A program made the translations under genes and the position numbers. This document shows positions 1 to 9,700 of a stretch of DNA of 64,000 bases, piece by piece (within the stretch, counting starts at the first letter, position 1; the number at the start of each line of letters is the position of its first letter). Source of the DNA: a virus; the IMG/VR virus record IMGVR_UViG_3300044846_002555, positions 78,860 through 142,859 of that record. One strand, written 5' to 3'. Below the pieces are notes generated by a model. The model made no database searches. It saw nothing but the letters and a program-made list of their open reading frames with translations, and was not told the origin of the DNA.

Positions 1-1
1 A

Positions 2-742
2 ATGACACCAACGCCTACTCAAACAATAACCCCAACAATGACTAAAACTCCAACACCTACACCAACATTAACACCTACACCAACATCTAGTTCGGCTCAA
101 TTATGGTATTTATATTCGTCTTGTTTATTAGTGGATGGAGAGTCACAAGTTATCTTACAACCAATATTAGTATTACCGACATTAACTATTGGTGACGTGT
201 TTGTTTTCAATGTACCGGATAGTAAACCTGAATGTTGGTCATTAATTAATACTTATAATGGTTTACCATCATCAATTCCGTTTGGTGCTTTAGTATTTAA
301 TACTAATTATTTCACATCAGTATCTAACACTATTTACCCATTTAATGAAGGTAGAGAATGTGATGAATGTCAAGAAGGTATAAATAATATTGAACCAATA
401 ACTAATAATTTTTTAGTTACAGTATATAAATCTAATTGTAACATAACAAATATTTCACCACCATTTTACTTTTCTAATGATTCTACATTCCCAATTGATA
501 TTAGTAGTCCATTTGTTGGTGTACATTCAGGTTTTAATGGTGATTTATCCATAACCGTTGTTAGTACATTAAATCAAAGTCAATGTGTTTCCTTGATTGT
601 AGATGGTGTAACTTATTTATCACCACAAACAATAACATTTAACTATCTTGAACCTCAAACTCAAGTTGTTGAGTTTTTAAATGTAAATATATCTGAGAAT
701 TCTACATTTGAAATTAATCTGACCGGAGGGTCTTGTTTATAA
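2..742 (+). CDS. 5'-truncated Pro-Thr-linker protein, probable virion/fibre component
   Basis: ORF runs from the window edge; TPTPT repeats then a Cys-containing beta-rich domain, like neighbouring structural ORFs. Confidence 0.55.
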   Translation: MTPTPTQTITPTMTKTPTPTPTLTPTPTSSSAQLWYLYSSCLLVDGESQVILQPILVLPTLTIGDVFVFNVPDSKPECWSLINTYNGLPSSIPFGALVFNTNYFTSVSNTIYPFNEGRECDECQEGINNIEPITNNFLVTVYKSNCNITNISPPFYFSNDSTFPIDISSPFVGVHSGFNGDLSITVVSTLNQSQCVSLIVDGVTYLSPQTITFNYLEPQTQVVEFLNVNISENSTFEINLTGGSCL

Positions 743-743
743 T

Positions 744-779
744 AAAAAACCCCCTCGTTAAAAGGGGGTTATTTTTTTT
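744..779. terminator. bidirectional intrinsic terminator
   Basis: aaccccct/agggggtt stem flanked by A- and T-tracts between convergent genes. Confidence 0.8.
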
Positions 780-1377
780 ACCATATTTTTTCTTGTTTCA
801 TATGACCTATAACACAACAGTAAGCATCTGTTTGGTCAAAATTTTCTTTTTTCAGGGTATTGTTTCTTGTATATAACCAAGTGATTTGAGGTTCTTTTTT
901 GGCTATTAAATCCCATATAATCATTTTCTTGTCAATGTCTTTAGGAAGTCCTCCGAATAGTACGTATTTACCTTTATCATTTAATTGAGTTAACTCCGGA
1001 AAGGCGAATTTACGAGAATTGTATGTTGATATAAAATCAGGTACGACACCTAATACATCATATATCTCTTTAGTAACTAAAGTATTGAACCTTAATAAAG
1101 TTTGAACTGTGTAAACATTGTTTGAGTTCAATAAAGGTTCTTCAATAATAACTTTAGTAATACCCATGTCTTTATATTCTAAAAGTTTAGTTCTAAAGAT
1201 TTGACCTTTTAGAAGTAATTCTTTTATTTTATTTTCTTCTTTTGGTTTTGGAACGGGTGATATATGAGTTAATTCAAGTAGTTGTTGACTTTGTATATCA
1301 AATAACGCCCAACCAATTGTTTTTGTACTCACATCTAATCCTAAAACTTTAGGACTTTCTTTAAGTGTTTTTTTCAT
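778..1377 (-). CDS. ruvC: RuvC-like Holliday junction resolvase
   Basis: VLGLDVSTKTIGWA, IIEEP and DQTDAY acidic RNase H-fold motifs. Confidence 0.8.
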   Translation of the reverse strand: MKKTLKESPKVLGLDVSTKTIGWALFDIQSQQLLELTHISPVPKPKEENKIKELLLKGQIFRTKLLEYKDMGITKVIIEEPLLNSNNVYTVQTLLRFNTLVTKEIYDVLGVVPDFISTYNSRKFAFPELTQLNDKGKYVLFGGLPKDIDKKMIIWDLIAKKEPQITWLYTRNNTLKKENFDQTDAYCCVIGHMKQEKIW

Positions 1378-1383
1378 AATTTA

Positions 1384-3873
1384 TTAGAAATCAAATTTAA
1401 CCAAAAACTGTTGAATCCCTTGTCTTAACACAGGAGATTGTAGCTTTGATACAATCATAAGATTCATATCAGAATCGTAAAGCCCAATTTCAGTAATATA
1501 TGAACTTGTTCCTTTAGTCCATGTAGGGTTTGATGTTGATTGAAACTCTGCTTGACCAAGATTAATCTTATATTTCATTTCATAAATGGTTGCTTCAATA
1601 TCCGTTTCTAATGAACCGTAGAAATAATATTCATCACCAAAATTTAATGAAGGTGAAGTTGTATTATTATCTACTAATGGAATGAATAGATTTAAGTTAT
1701 AATCATCAGCCGCTGCATAGTTTTCTTCAGTGATTGTAAATGTTGTTCCTGTTAAACTATCTACGGTTAAATAACCATTGATTGTGGTTGCACTTATTTG
1801 AGGTGTAAAATCAATTATTTTCCAATCATTCGGGTCAGGTCTACCTGTACCAATTACTTTTTGACAAATAACTTGGAATGTGTCAGCGTAAAACCCTGTT
1901 ATTAAGTCACAGGAAGGACACAGAGTCGTTGTTGTTGTCGTTGTGGTAGTTGTGGTTGGAATTAACGTTGGTTGGTTTAAACAAGGGAATTCAGCTCCAA
2001 ATCTAATTGAAACGTTTTGTTCAGTTAAACCTCCACAAGAAATGTTTGGTCCTTGAATTTTGGTGTAGTAATTACAATGTAATGAATTCGTAAAAATATC
2101 GGTATTACTAAATCTATAAGTTACGTACATATATTCAGTGTCCGCTGTTAATATACCGTTAACTGTTGGTTGATTATTCTCAACCACACAAGTGTTAGGT
2201 GTTGTTAGACCAACTTTAGGTGCGGGTAATGTCCAGTTACGATTTGACTTGTAAGACATTGCTGCGATAATCTCCTCATCATCAATTATAATAATTTGTG
2301 AATCAGGGAACACTTTACCAACTCTACTTGGTAACCCGTTACTATTTGGATGGGTGTCCCAAAGTTGATAATATCTAATACCCGGCATATTCATATCCGT
2401 ATTTTTAGTAGAATATAAATACTCAACTTCAAATAATGGACTTCCTTCATCAGTTAAGTCATCAAAACCCGGTGGGTCAACCCAAAAAGTTTCACCTTTA
2501 CAACATTCAGGATTTTTATGCCACATTAACCAAGGTAAATGTAATCTAAAGTTACGAGCTTCACCCGTTGTATCTGTAGGATTATTAGGGTCGTAAGGTT
2601 CAAAGGCAAATTTCTCACCATAGAAGAAATCAATTGATTGATTAGTATAGTGAATAATAGCAATAGCTTTTTGCTCACTTGGTTGAACAACAACTTGTTC
2701 ATCAAATGAATTATAATAATAAACAACACTTGTATCGGTTTGTCCACTATCTGACATATATCCAAAATATTCTTTACTACCTAAATAAGACGCTGAACCA
2801 AAATATTGATAACCTTTATAAAATGAATCATACAACCCAGCAGGATTTTCCGACCAAGGAATATTCATATTCCAAATTTTAACATCGGACTCGTCTGTAC
2901 TACATAAAGATTCAAAATTAATAACATTTTGATTCCAATGAGAACTTGGTGTAACACTATCGTATATTGTAGTCATATTTGGTGGGTATACTAATACTCT
3001 AGCAAAACATCCACTTGAAAAGTTTGAAAAATCAGGTGTTGGTCTGTCTAATGTATAATGACCTAAACAAATATCCACAATTTTATAAGTTAATATCGGA
3101 TAACAACTACTCATTGACATCTCACAGTTAGGTGGAGTCGGAGTCGGAGGTAATGGTGTTGTACAACAAGTTGAGGAAGGTGTTGGTGTAGGTGTAGGTG
3201 ACTCACATAAATAAGTTGTTTGAGTTGGTGTTGGTGTAGGGGTTGGTGAAGAATCTATTGATGGTGTTACTGTTGGAGTTGGGGTTGATGTTGGTGTTAC
3301 ACCTGGTTCACAATAACAATTATATTCTCCTTGACCATCATAATATATTGTAACAAAATCACCAATCATTGGTAATCTTACAATATTTGAATTACACCCT
3401 GAATATACTAATTGAATAACACTACCACCTGTTAATGTAGACATATCTACAAGATAGTTAGAGTTAATTGTATATTGGCTATTTGTTAACGCACTCCAAT
3501 TAATTGTAGTTGCGGTTGTATTACCTGTAAAAAATCCTCTCATAGCCGCTCTATTATATACAGTTTGAGGAACTGACGCCATATAAGGGATTCCATATGT
3601 ATTACCGGTTATTCCGTCAACATAATATGGATATTTAACATTTTGTTTGTTAGATTCAGGTTTACCTGTTGAATTTTGAGCATTAAACGCTGGCTCAAGA
3701 ATTTTTGTTGAGGTTTGATTATAAGGTGTTCCGGTTAATGTATTATAAGACACTTCACTATCACCTACTTGAAAATAAGATATGTTAAAACTACCTTCTG
3801 ATAGTTTTTGTCTTGCAGTATCGGTTAGTCTTGTACTAAGTAAACCTTGTGTATTTTTTAATATGTATCCCAT
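1384..3873 (-). CDS. virion structural protein (baseplate/tail-collar-like C-terminus, PT and poly-T linkers)
   Basis: C-terminal ITEIGLYD...IVSKLQSPV resembles phage tail-collar fibre domains; internal PTPT and T-rich linkers; TATTTAT upstream. Confidence 0.6.
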   Translation of the reverse strand: MGYILKNTQGLLSTRLTDTARQKLSEGSFNISYFQVGDSEVSYNTLTGTPYNQTSTKILEPAFNAQNSTGKPESNKQNVKYPYYVDGITGNTYGIPYMASVPQTVYNRAAMRGFFTGNTTATTINWSALTNSQYTINSNYLVDMSTLTGGSVIQLVYSGCNSNIVRLPMIGDFVTIYYDGQGEYNCYCEPGVTPTSTPTPTVTPSIDSSPTPTPTPTQTTYLCESPTPTPTPSSTCCTTPLPPTPTPPNCEMSMSSCYPILTYKIVDICLGHYTLDRPTPDFSNFSSGCFARVLVYPPNMTTIYDSVTPSSHWNQNVINFESLCSTDESDVKIWNMNIPWSENPAGLYDSFYKGYQYFGSASYLGSKEYFGYMSDSGQTDTSVVYYYNSFDEQVVVQPSEQKAIAIIHYTNQSIDFFYGEKFAFEPYDPNNPTDTTGEARNFRLHLPWLMWHKNPECCKGETFWVDPPGFDDLTDEGSPLFEVEYLYSTKNTDMNMPGIRYYQLWDTHPNSNGLPSRVGKVFPDSQIIIIDDEEIIAAMSYKSNRNWTLPAPKVGLTTPNTCVVENNQPTVNGILTADTEYMYVTYRFSNTDIFTNSLHCNYYTKIQGPNISCGGLTEQNVSIRFGAEFPCLNQPTLIPTTTTTTTTTTTLCPSCDLITGFYADTFQVICQKVIGTGRPDPNDWKIIDFTPQISATTINGYLTVDSLTGTTFTITEENYAAADDYNLNLFIPLVDNNTTSPSLNFGDEYYFYGSLETDIEATIYEMKYKINLGQAEFQSTSNPTWTKGTSSYITEIGLYDSDMNLMIVSKLQSPVLRQGIQQFLVKFDF

Positions 3874-3903
3874 GTGATATAAATATTCTTATTTTTTTTA
3901 TTT

Positions 3904-4929
3904 TTAATTGACACTTATTATTTCTACTCTACAACATCCACAACCACTAATACTAGCGTTACCAATTGAGAATAAATCCTGACTTGATGTGTAAGTACAA
4001 GGTGTTAATGGGTCGTTTTGTGTTATTGTCGTTGTTGTGTTTAATATAATATTGTCTGAAGACGTAAAATTTAACGAATTCCAACTTTCGGTATAATAAT
4101 CTAAATAATTAACTAAATTTTGGCAACCTTGTATTGGATTATAATCAGTGTTAGTTGTTGTTAAACCACTTGTTGTTAGTGGAATAGAAACATTATTTTT
4201 AGATAATATAGTATTAGTCGTTAAAGTTGCTGTGGTAGCGCTTGGTGAATAATAAAAAGTGTTATAATGTAATATGTTAAAATTAACCGTAATACCACTT
4301 GGTAATGCCGGAATTACACTAAAAGTTGTTGTGTATTGTTTAGTTAATGTTGTATTTGTGTTAACTGGATTTGTTATTGTTGTATTTAATTTTAATTGAT
4401 ATAATGTCGGAGGTGCCGGCGCATTCAATGTCACGTTATTACTATTAGTATTACCACTCGAATCAATAACCTTAACACTATATATTCCTGAACACAAATT
4501 AGTAAATGTTGGGGAATTAAAATATGTAATACCATTATCAATTGAGTATTGATAAGGTGGATAACCTCCCGACGCGGATACCATTAAATTACCATCACAC
4601 GTACAAATTGGTTGATTAACACTAAAAGTCAATGAGTTAACTCCTAATGGGTTACAAACCCCTTCATTTACTACCACAGTCCCGTTGGCTCCTAATATAT
4701 ACCAAGAGTTAAGCGGGGGTACTGATGATGGTAATGAAGAAAACATCAAATAAGATAAATTACCACCTGTTAGTTTCCATTTATTAATAGAAGTGTCCCA
4801 AGTGATTAAATAAGTATAATCGTCTGACACCCATTGATTGTAATCATTAGAATCAACACCATAAGGGTTAAAATGTATTTGTAAATTATCTATACTTGAA
4901 TTTAAACAAAAATTATATTCTATTTCCAT
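3904..4929 (-). CDS. SprB-repeat-containing virion protein
   Basis: SASGGYPPYQYSIDNG...FTNLCSGIYSVKVIDS SprB-like repeat; start moved to MEIEYN, 2 nt after the upstream stop. Confidence 0.6.
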   Translation of the reverse strand: MEIEYNFCLNSSIDNLQIHFNPYGVDSNDYNQWVSDDYTYLITWDTSINKWKLTGGNLSYLMFSSLPSSVPPLNSWYILGANGTVVVNEGVCNPLGVNSLTFSVNQPICTCDGNLMVSASGGYPPYQYSIDNGITYFNSPTFTNLCSGIYSVKVIDSSGNTNSNNVTLNAPAPPTLYQLKLNTTITNPVNTNTTLTKQYTTTFSVIPALPSGITVNFNILHYNTFYYSPSATTATLTTNTILSKNNVSIPLTTSGLTTTNTDYNPIQGCQNLVNYLDYYTESWNSLNFTSSDNIILNTTTTITQNDPLTPCTYTSSQDLFSIGNASISGCGCCRVEIISVN

Positions 4930-4931
4930 AA

Positions 4932-5492
4932 TTAAGTTGTTGAAGTTAATTGACATATAGTACTTGCTGTAAAATCACCCCAATAATCAACAACAGTCAC
5001 AGGATAAGAACCAACAGGTAAATTCATAACCGCGGGGCTAATATTCCCTAATACAGGACCACCCCAAATATATTTATAAGGTGGTGTACCACCGGTTATT
5101 GAGACAGATACTCTACCATCATTTGATGTTGGGGTTGTTGGGTTAATCGAATCACACTCAATTGTCATTGGGAATACCGTTATTACATCACATTCATTAG
5201 ATTGAATAAAAGTAATTGCTGGTTGTGGTGGAGGTGGGGGAAAACAACTATAAGCATTTTCAATACAATCAGAGCAATCGGGATATAATACGACACTTCC
5301 ATTTCCCGCATCATATATTAATGACCCGGAAAGTATTGGTCCTTGTATTAGAGTTGCACATCCACTGAATGAAGGTATTGTTATTGAATAAACACTACCT
5401 AAAATCGGGAAAGGTAAAGTAAGGTCATTTACTCCGAAAAAATTATCGGATTCATCAAATTTTTCGCAACATTTTTTAAAATAATATATCAT
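4932..5492 (-). CDS. SprB-repeat-containing protein
   Basis: GRVSVSITGGTPPYKYIW...NLPVGSYPVTVVD SprB-like repeat. Confidence 0.6.
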   Translation of the reverse strand: MIYYFKKCCEKFDESDNFFGVNDLTLPFPILGSVYSITIPSFSGCATLIQGPILSGSLIYDAGNGSVVLYPDCSDCIENAYSCFPPPPPQPAITFIQSNECDVITVFPMTIECDSINPTTPTSNDGRVSVSITGGTPPYKYIWGGPVLGNISPAVMNLPVGSYPVTVVDYWGDFTASTICQLTSTT

Positions 5493-5512
5493 TATAATTT
5501 GTTTCAGTTATA

Positions 5513-6493
5513 CTATAAATAATCCTTTATTTGTTTTTTCACCAAAGATTTCATAACTTCCACATATTTTTTTGTTGAACTTTGAGAACTTACATAATCA
5601 AAAAAGTTAATATCCTCTTTTAATTTATCTAATGGGTTAATATTAATAAAATCTCCTTTATAAAATTTATCTTGTTTTTGGTTACCGGTTACTCCTGCCA
5701 TATGAAGAATTGGTTTATCTTCATATATTTTTATTGAGTCAGTTGCCCATGAAAATTCAAACTCGGGTGTAATTCTTGTCTCAATTCCGTGTAACCATAA
5801 GTTCCATAATAATGACCACATTTCTGCGGTCCAAAATTGAATTTCACCGGGACTTATTGGGAATCTTCTTTGATAATCTAACATTTGGTCATATAGTGGA
5901 ACACAATCTGCATAAATTTTTTCCCATAATAACCAATCGGTGTTTTTAATTAGGTATTGACCACCACCTGAATTTTCTTGATTACATTCGATACATTCGA
6001 CTGAAACACCAATAACATCAGCCATTTCGTTAAGTAATTGACCTTTACCGGATGTAGGGTGAGCACTTTCATAACGATTACAACAATCCATAATATAATT
6101 ATATCCGATATAACCTATGGTATCGGATAAGTAAGTAATATCGTCATTAATTAAACTATCAAAATTTGGTAATTTTCTAAATATAATATCAGAGTCGTGT
6201 AAGAAAAAACATTTACCATATTCAGGAAAATCTTTTAACCATTTTGAAATTAAAAAAGGTTTAACTGTTGGTATATAATGTTTTTGAGGTCTATCGTCAA
6301 TATAATGATGTACGTTAACACCCGTATCTTTTAATTTTAAAGATTCTTCAGTTGGTTTACCATCTTCACTTATTATTCCAAGTAATACGTGTATTTGATT
6401 TGGGGGGACACCATGTTCAATAAAGTTATGTATATATACCATTATTTGCCAATGGAAATATGGTACATCAGGTTGAGCTGTAACAAAAATCAT
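5513..6493 (-). CDS. GT-A fold glycosyltransferase, HPAT/SERGT (GT95/GT96)-like
   Basis: YFHWQ, YIPTVKP...WL, LHDSDIIF (DxD) and WTAEMW occur in the order of plant HPAT/SERGT motifs. Confidence 0.7.
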   Translation of the reverse strand: MIFVTAQPDVPYFHWQIMVYIHNFIEHGVPPNQIHVLLGIISEDGKPTEESLKLKDTGVNVHHYIDDRPQKHYIPTVKPFLISKWLKDFPEYGKCFFLHDSDIIFRKLPNFDSLINDDITYLSDTIGYIGYNYIMDCCNRYESAHPTSGKGQLLNEMADVIGVSVECIECNQENSGGGQYLIKNTDWLLWEKIYADCVPLYDQMLDYQRRFPISPGEIQFWTAEMWSLLWNLWLHGIETRITPEFEFSWATDSIKIYEDKPILHMAGVTGNQKQDKFYKGDFININPLDKLKEDINFFDYVSSQSSTKKYVEVMKSLVKKQIKDYL

Positions 6494-6571
6494 AATAATT
6501 AAAACGTTTTTAATTAAATATAAATGACAATCAAATGTAATAAATGGTAAAGATGATGATATTTATATAAT

Positions 6572-6742
6572 ATGAAACTGATTAGAACAATATCAAATTT
6601 GGTTACAGAATCTAAAAGAATTTACGAAGAGGCCTGTGAAAAAGGTGTCAACGAAAAAGAATTAGATAGATTAGAAAAAAACTACAATGAATCTTTAAAA
6701 CTTTTAAAGTTGTACGAAGGTTTAGGTAAAAAAACGGAATAA
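6572..6742 (+). CDS. 56-aa helical protein (not in ORF track)
   Basis: MKLIRTISNLVTESKRIYEE...KKTE*; TATTTAT 5 nt upstream of ATG. Confidence 0.7.
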   Translation: MKLIRTISNLVTESKRIYEEACEKGVNEKELDRLEKNYNESLKLLKLYEGLGKKTE

Positions 6743-6744
6743 TA

Positions 6745-9700
6745 TTACGTTCCGTAAACTATTTCAATACCTTCAATGTGTATAGTCCATCTTAAAGTTT
6801 CTCCAACAACACCGGTTACCTGTATGTCTAAAGCGTCATTAGTATCGTCAGCGGTAATTGCAACGTCATAAGATGAGTTAGTTTCTACATCAGTACCAAT
6901 AGTTGATACAGTACCGATTAAAGAAGTTACTCCACCTACATTCTTAATCGCAACTTTTCTTATATAGTGAGCTCCTCCTGAACCATCTGATTTAATACCA
7001 CCAATATTTACTGTAACAAACATTGCAGTTCCTGCAATTACGGATATAAGTTGAGTTGTTCCATCTAAAAATATATTAACTGGTGTCGCATTTGTTGTTT
7101 TATTTCTACCAACTAAGTCAATTTGTTGTGATGTTCCTTTTATTAAACCATTAAAACTACCTGAAGAAAAAGACCTTTGACCGAAACGAGGTGCACATGA
7201 TAATGTTCCACCAAGAATTGATGAATAACAACCTGTGGTAGTGTTGCCACAACCTCCACCAATAAATGAATGGGTACCACATGAAATATTTGATATACCA
7301 CCAACAATTGCCGAACAACCACTAAACACGACATTTCCATTACCACCACCAACAAAAGAACCTGATGAACAAACCCCATTTACGTTTCCACCAACAATTA
7401 CAGATAGGGTTGTACTTGATAATGCGGGTGTTGCAATACAGTTTGATTGACCACCACCAATAAAGTTAGAATCACCATGAGTTCTATTTGACATACCGCT
7501 AACAATTGCTGAGTATCCATATACCCATTGGCATGTAATACAGTTTCCATTACCCCCACCTATAAATGAAAAACTTAAACGAGTTGTATTATTATTACCC
7601 CCACCAATAAATGAAGAGTTTCCTATAGTAATATTACAATAACCACCACCAATTGTTGAACATCCCCCACTTGAATTATTCTTTTGACCACCACCAATTG
7701 TTGAAGTATCTCCTGATGAGATATTATTATATCCACCACTGATTGTTGAAGTGGCTCCTGATAAACGGTTTTTAGCTCCACCTCCAATTGTTGATATTCT
7801 ACCACATATCACATTACTATAACCACCACTAATTGTTGTGAAATAACATGATGATGATGTATTATCACAACCACCGGCAATTACCGAACAATTTCCACAA
7901 GCGCGATTTTTATATCCACCACCAATTGTTGAGGTAGCACCGGATGAGACATTACATCTACCACCAACAACAGTTGACCAACTACCTGAAGATAAATTAC
8001 AAACCCCACCACCAATTGTTGAACACGCCCCTGATGCGATGTTTCTATAACCTCCACTTATTGTTGATAATTTACCCGCATTAAATGTACAAGTTGGACT
8101 AGTCGTTACAGCTCCTGTTGTAAAGTTAAATGTTCCTCCACTAGTATTATTAAAAATACCACCACCGATAGTTGTACCTAAAGAACAACATTCGTTATTT
8201 GGTGATTGTATTCTATTATTAAGACCACCACCAATTGTTGAAAATCTTGCATTTATTATGTTAATACAACCACCACCAATTGTTGAAGTATAACCTGAAG
8301 AATTATTATTACTACCACCACCAACAGTTCCAAGTATTCCGTAGACACGATTGTCAATACCACCCCCAATTGTTCCACCATCACCAAAAATTCTTTGTGA
8401 TTGACCACCACTAATCGTTGCTCCTAAACAATACACAACATTTAATGCACCTCCTCCAATGGTTGAAGTATTTCCGCTGATTACATTATCAATTCCACCC
8501 CCAATGAATGAATCACTACCCGATACACTATTAGACCTACCACCACCAATTATTGAACATAAACCTGATGCGGTATTCTTACAGCCACCACCAACAAATG
8601 AACAATTTCCTGATGCGGTATTACAAAAACCACCTAAAATTGATGACCTTAAACCTGATGCGGTATTACATTGACCACCACTTACTGTTGAATAATTACA
8701 TGATGATATATTTTTAAAACCACCACCAATTGTTGAACAAACCCCTATGGCTTGATTACAAATTCCTCCGGCAATTGTTGAAGTAGTTCCTGTTGCGATA
8801 TTATTACATCCTCCCCCAATTGTTGAACTATTACCCACAACAAAATTTTTACAACCACCACCAATAAATGAATGGGTACTTGTTATAGTATTTTGACTAC
8901 CACCAACAATACTTGAAGTGGCTCCTGATACTGTATTACCAATACCTCCACCAATAAATCCTTGACAAAATCCACCTGAACTTGTTGTAAAATTTCGTAA
9001 AAATGGTTGTGAGGAAGAAAAAGGACTCACAGAGACAGTTGCACCACTAACATACAAGTTTGTATATGGTGAGGAATATGTTTGTCCTGTAATAACTACG
9101 TTTCTACTACATCCGAAGTTATCATATGTTAATAAAAGGTCGTTTACGCTAAATGATGATAATTGATTCCCGAACAATTGTAATGTACAAGTATTTGCGG
9201 AATATGAACTTATTAGTTGAGAATTGCCTATAAAGTTTAATGTTCCACCTCCAATTATAGAATGTCTTGCGTAACTTACGTTAACGCTTCCACCCCCAAT
9301 AACACCAAATTCTAACACAACTTTATTATTATTACCACTTACAATACCACCACCATAAGAACATTGAGCCAAACAGTTACCACATCCTCCTAAAATTGCT
9401 GCTCTAACTCCATATGTTTTATTAGCTGTTCCACCGGCTATAACACCATCTTCACCAACACCTGTTGTTCCTGATATTAAGTTACCTCTACCTCCACCAA
9501 TAAATCCGAATTCGTTACATATTTTATTATTTGTTCCACCTGCGATTACTGAATTTGATGGGTTCATTGTATTACTAGTTATACAATTGTAAAAACCACC
9601 ACCTATTGTAGAATATGTTCCACAAACGAGATTAAGTCTACCACCGGCAATTGTTGAGTTATTACAACATGTTGTATTACAACAACCACCACCAACAAAT

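Noticed and set aside
778-1377. RuvC-fold ORF as TnpB/Cas12 or transposase
   Set aside because: 199 aa, no zinc finger or flanking repeats; fits a stand-alone resolvase.
4927-4956. Overlap of the two SprB ORFs as a programmed frameshift
   Set aside because: An ATG at 4929 sits 2 nt after the upstream stop, so two ordinary genes explain it.
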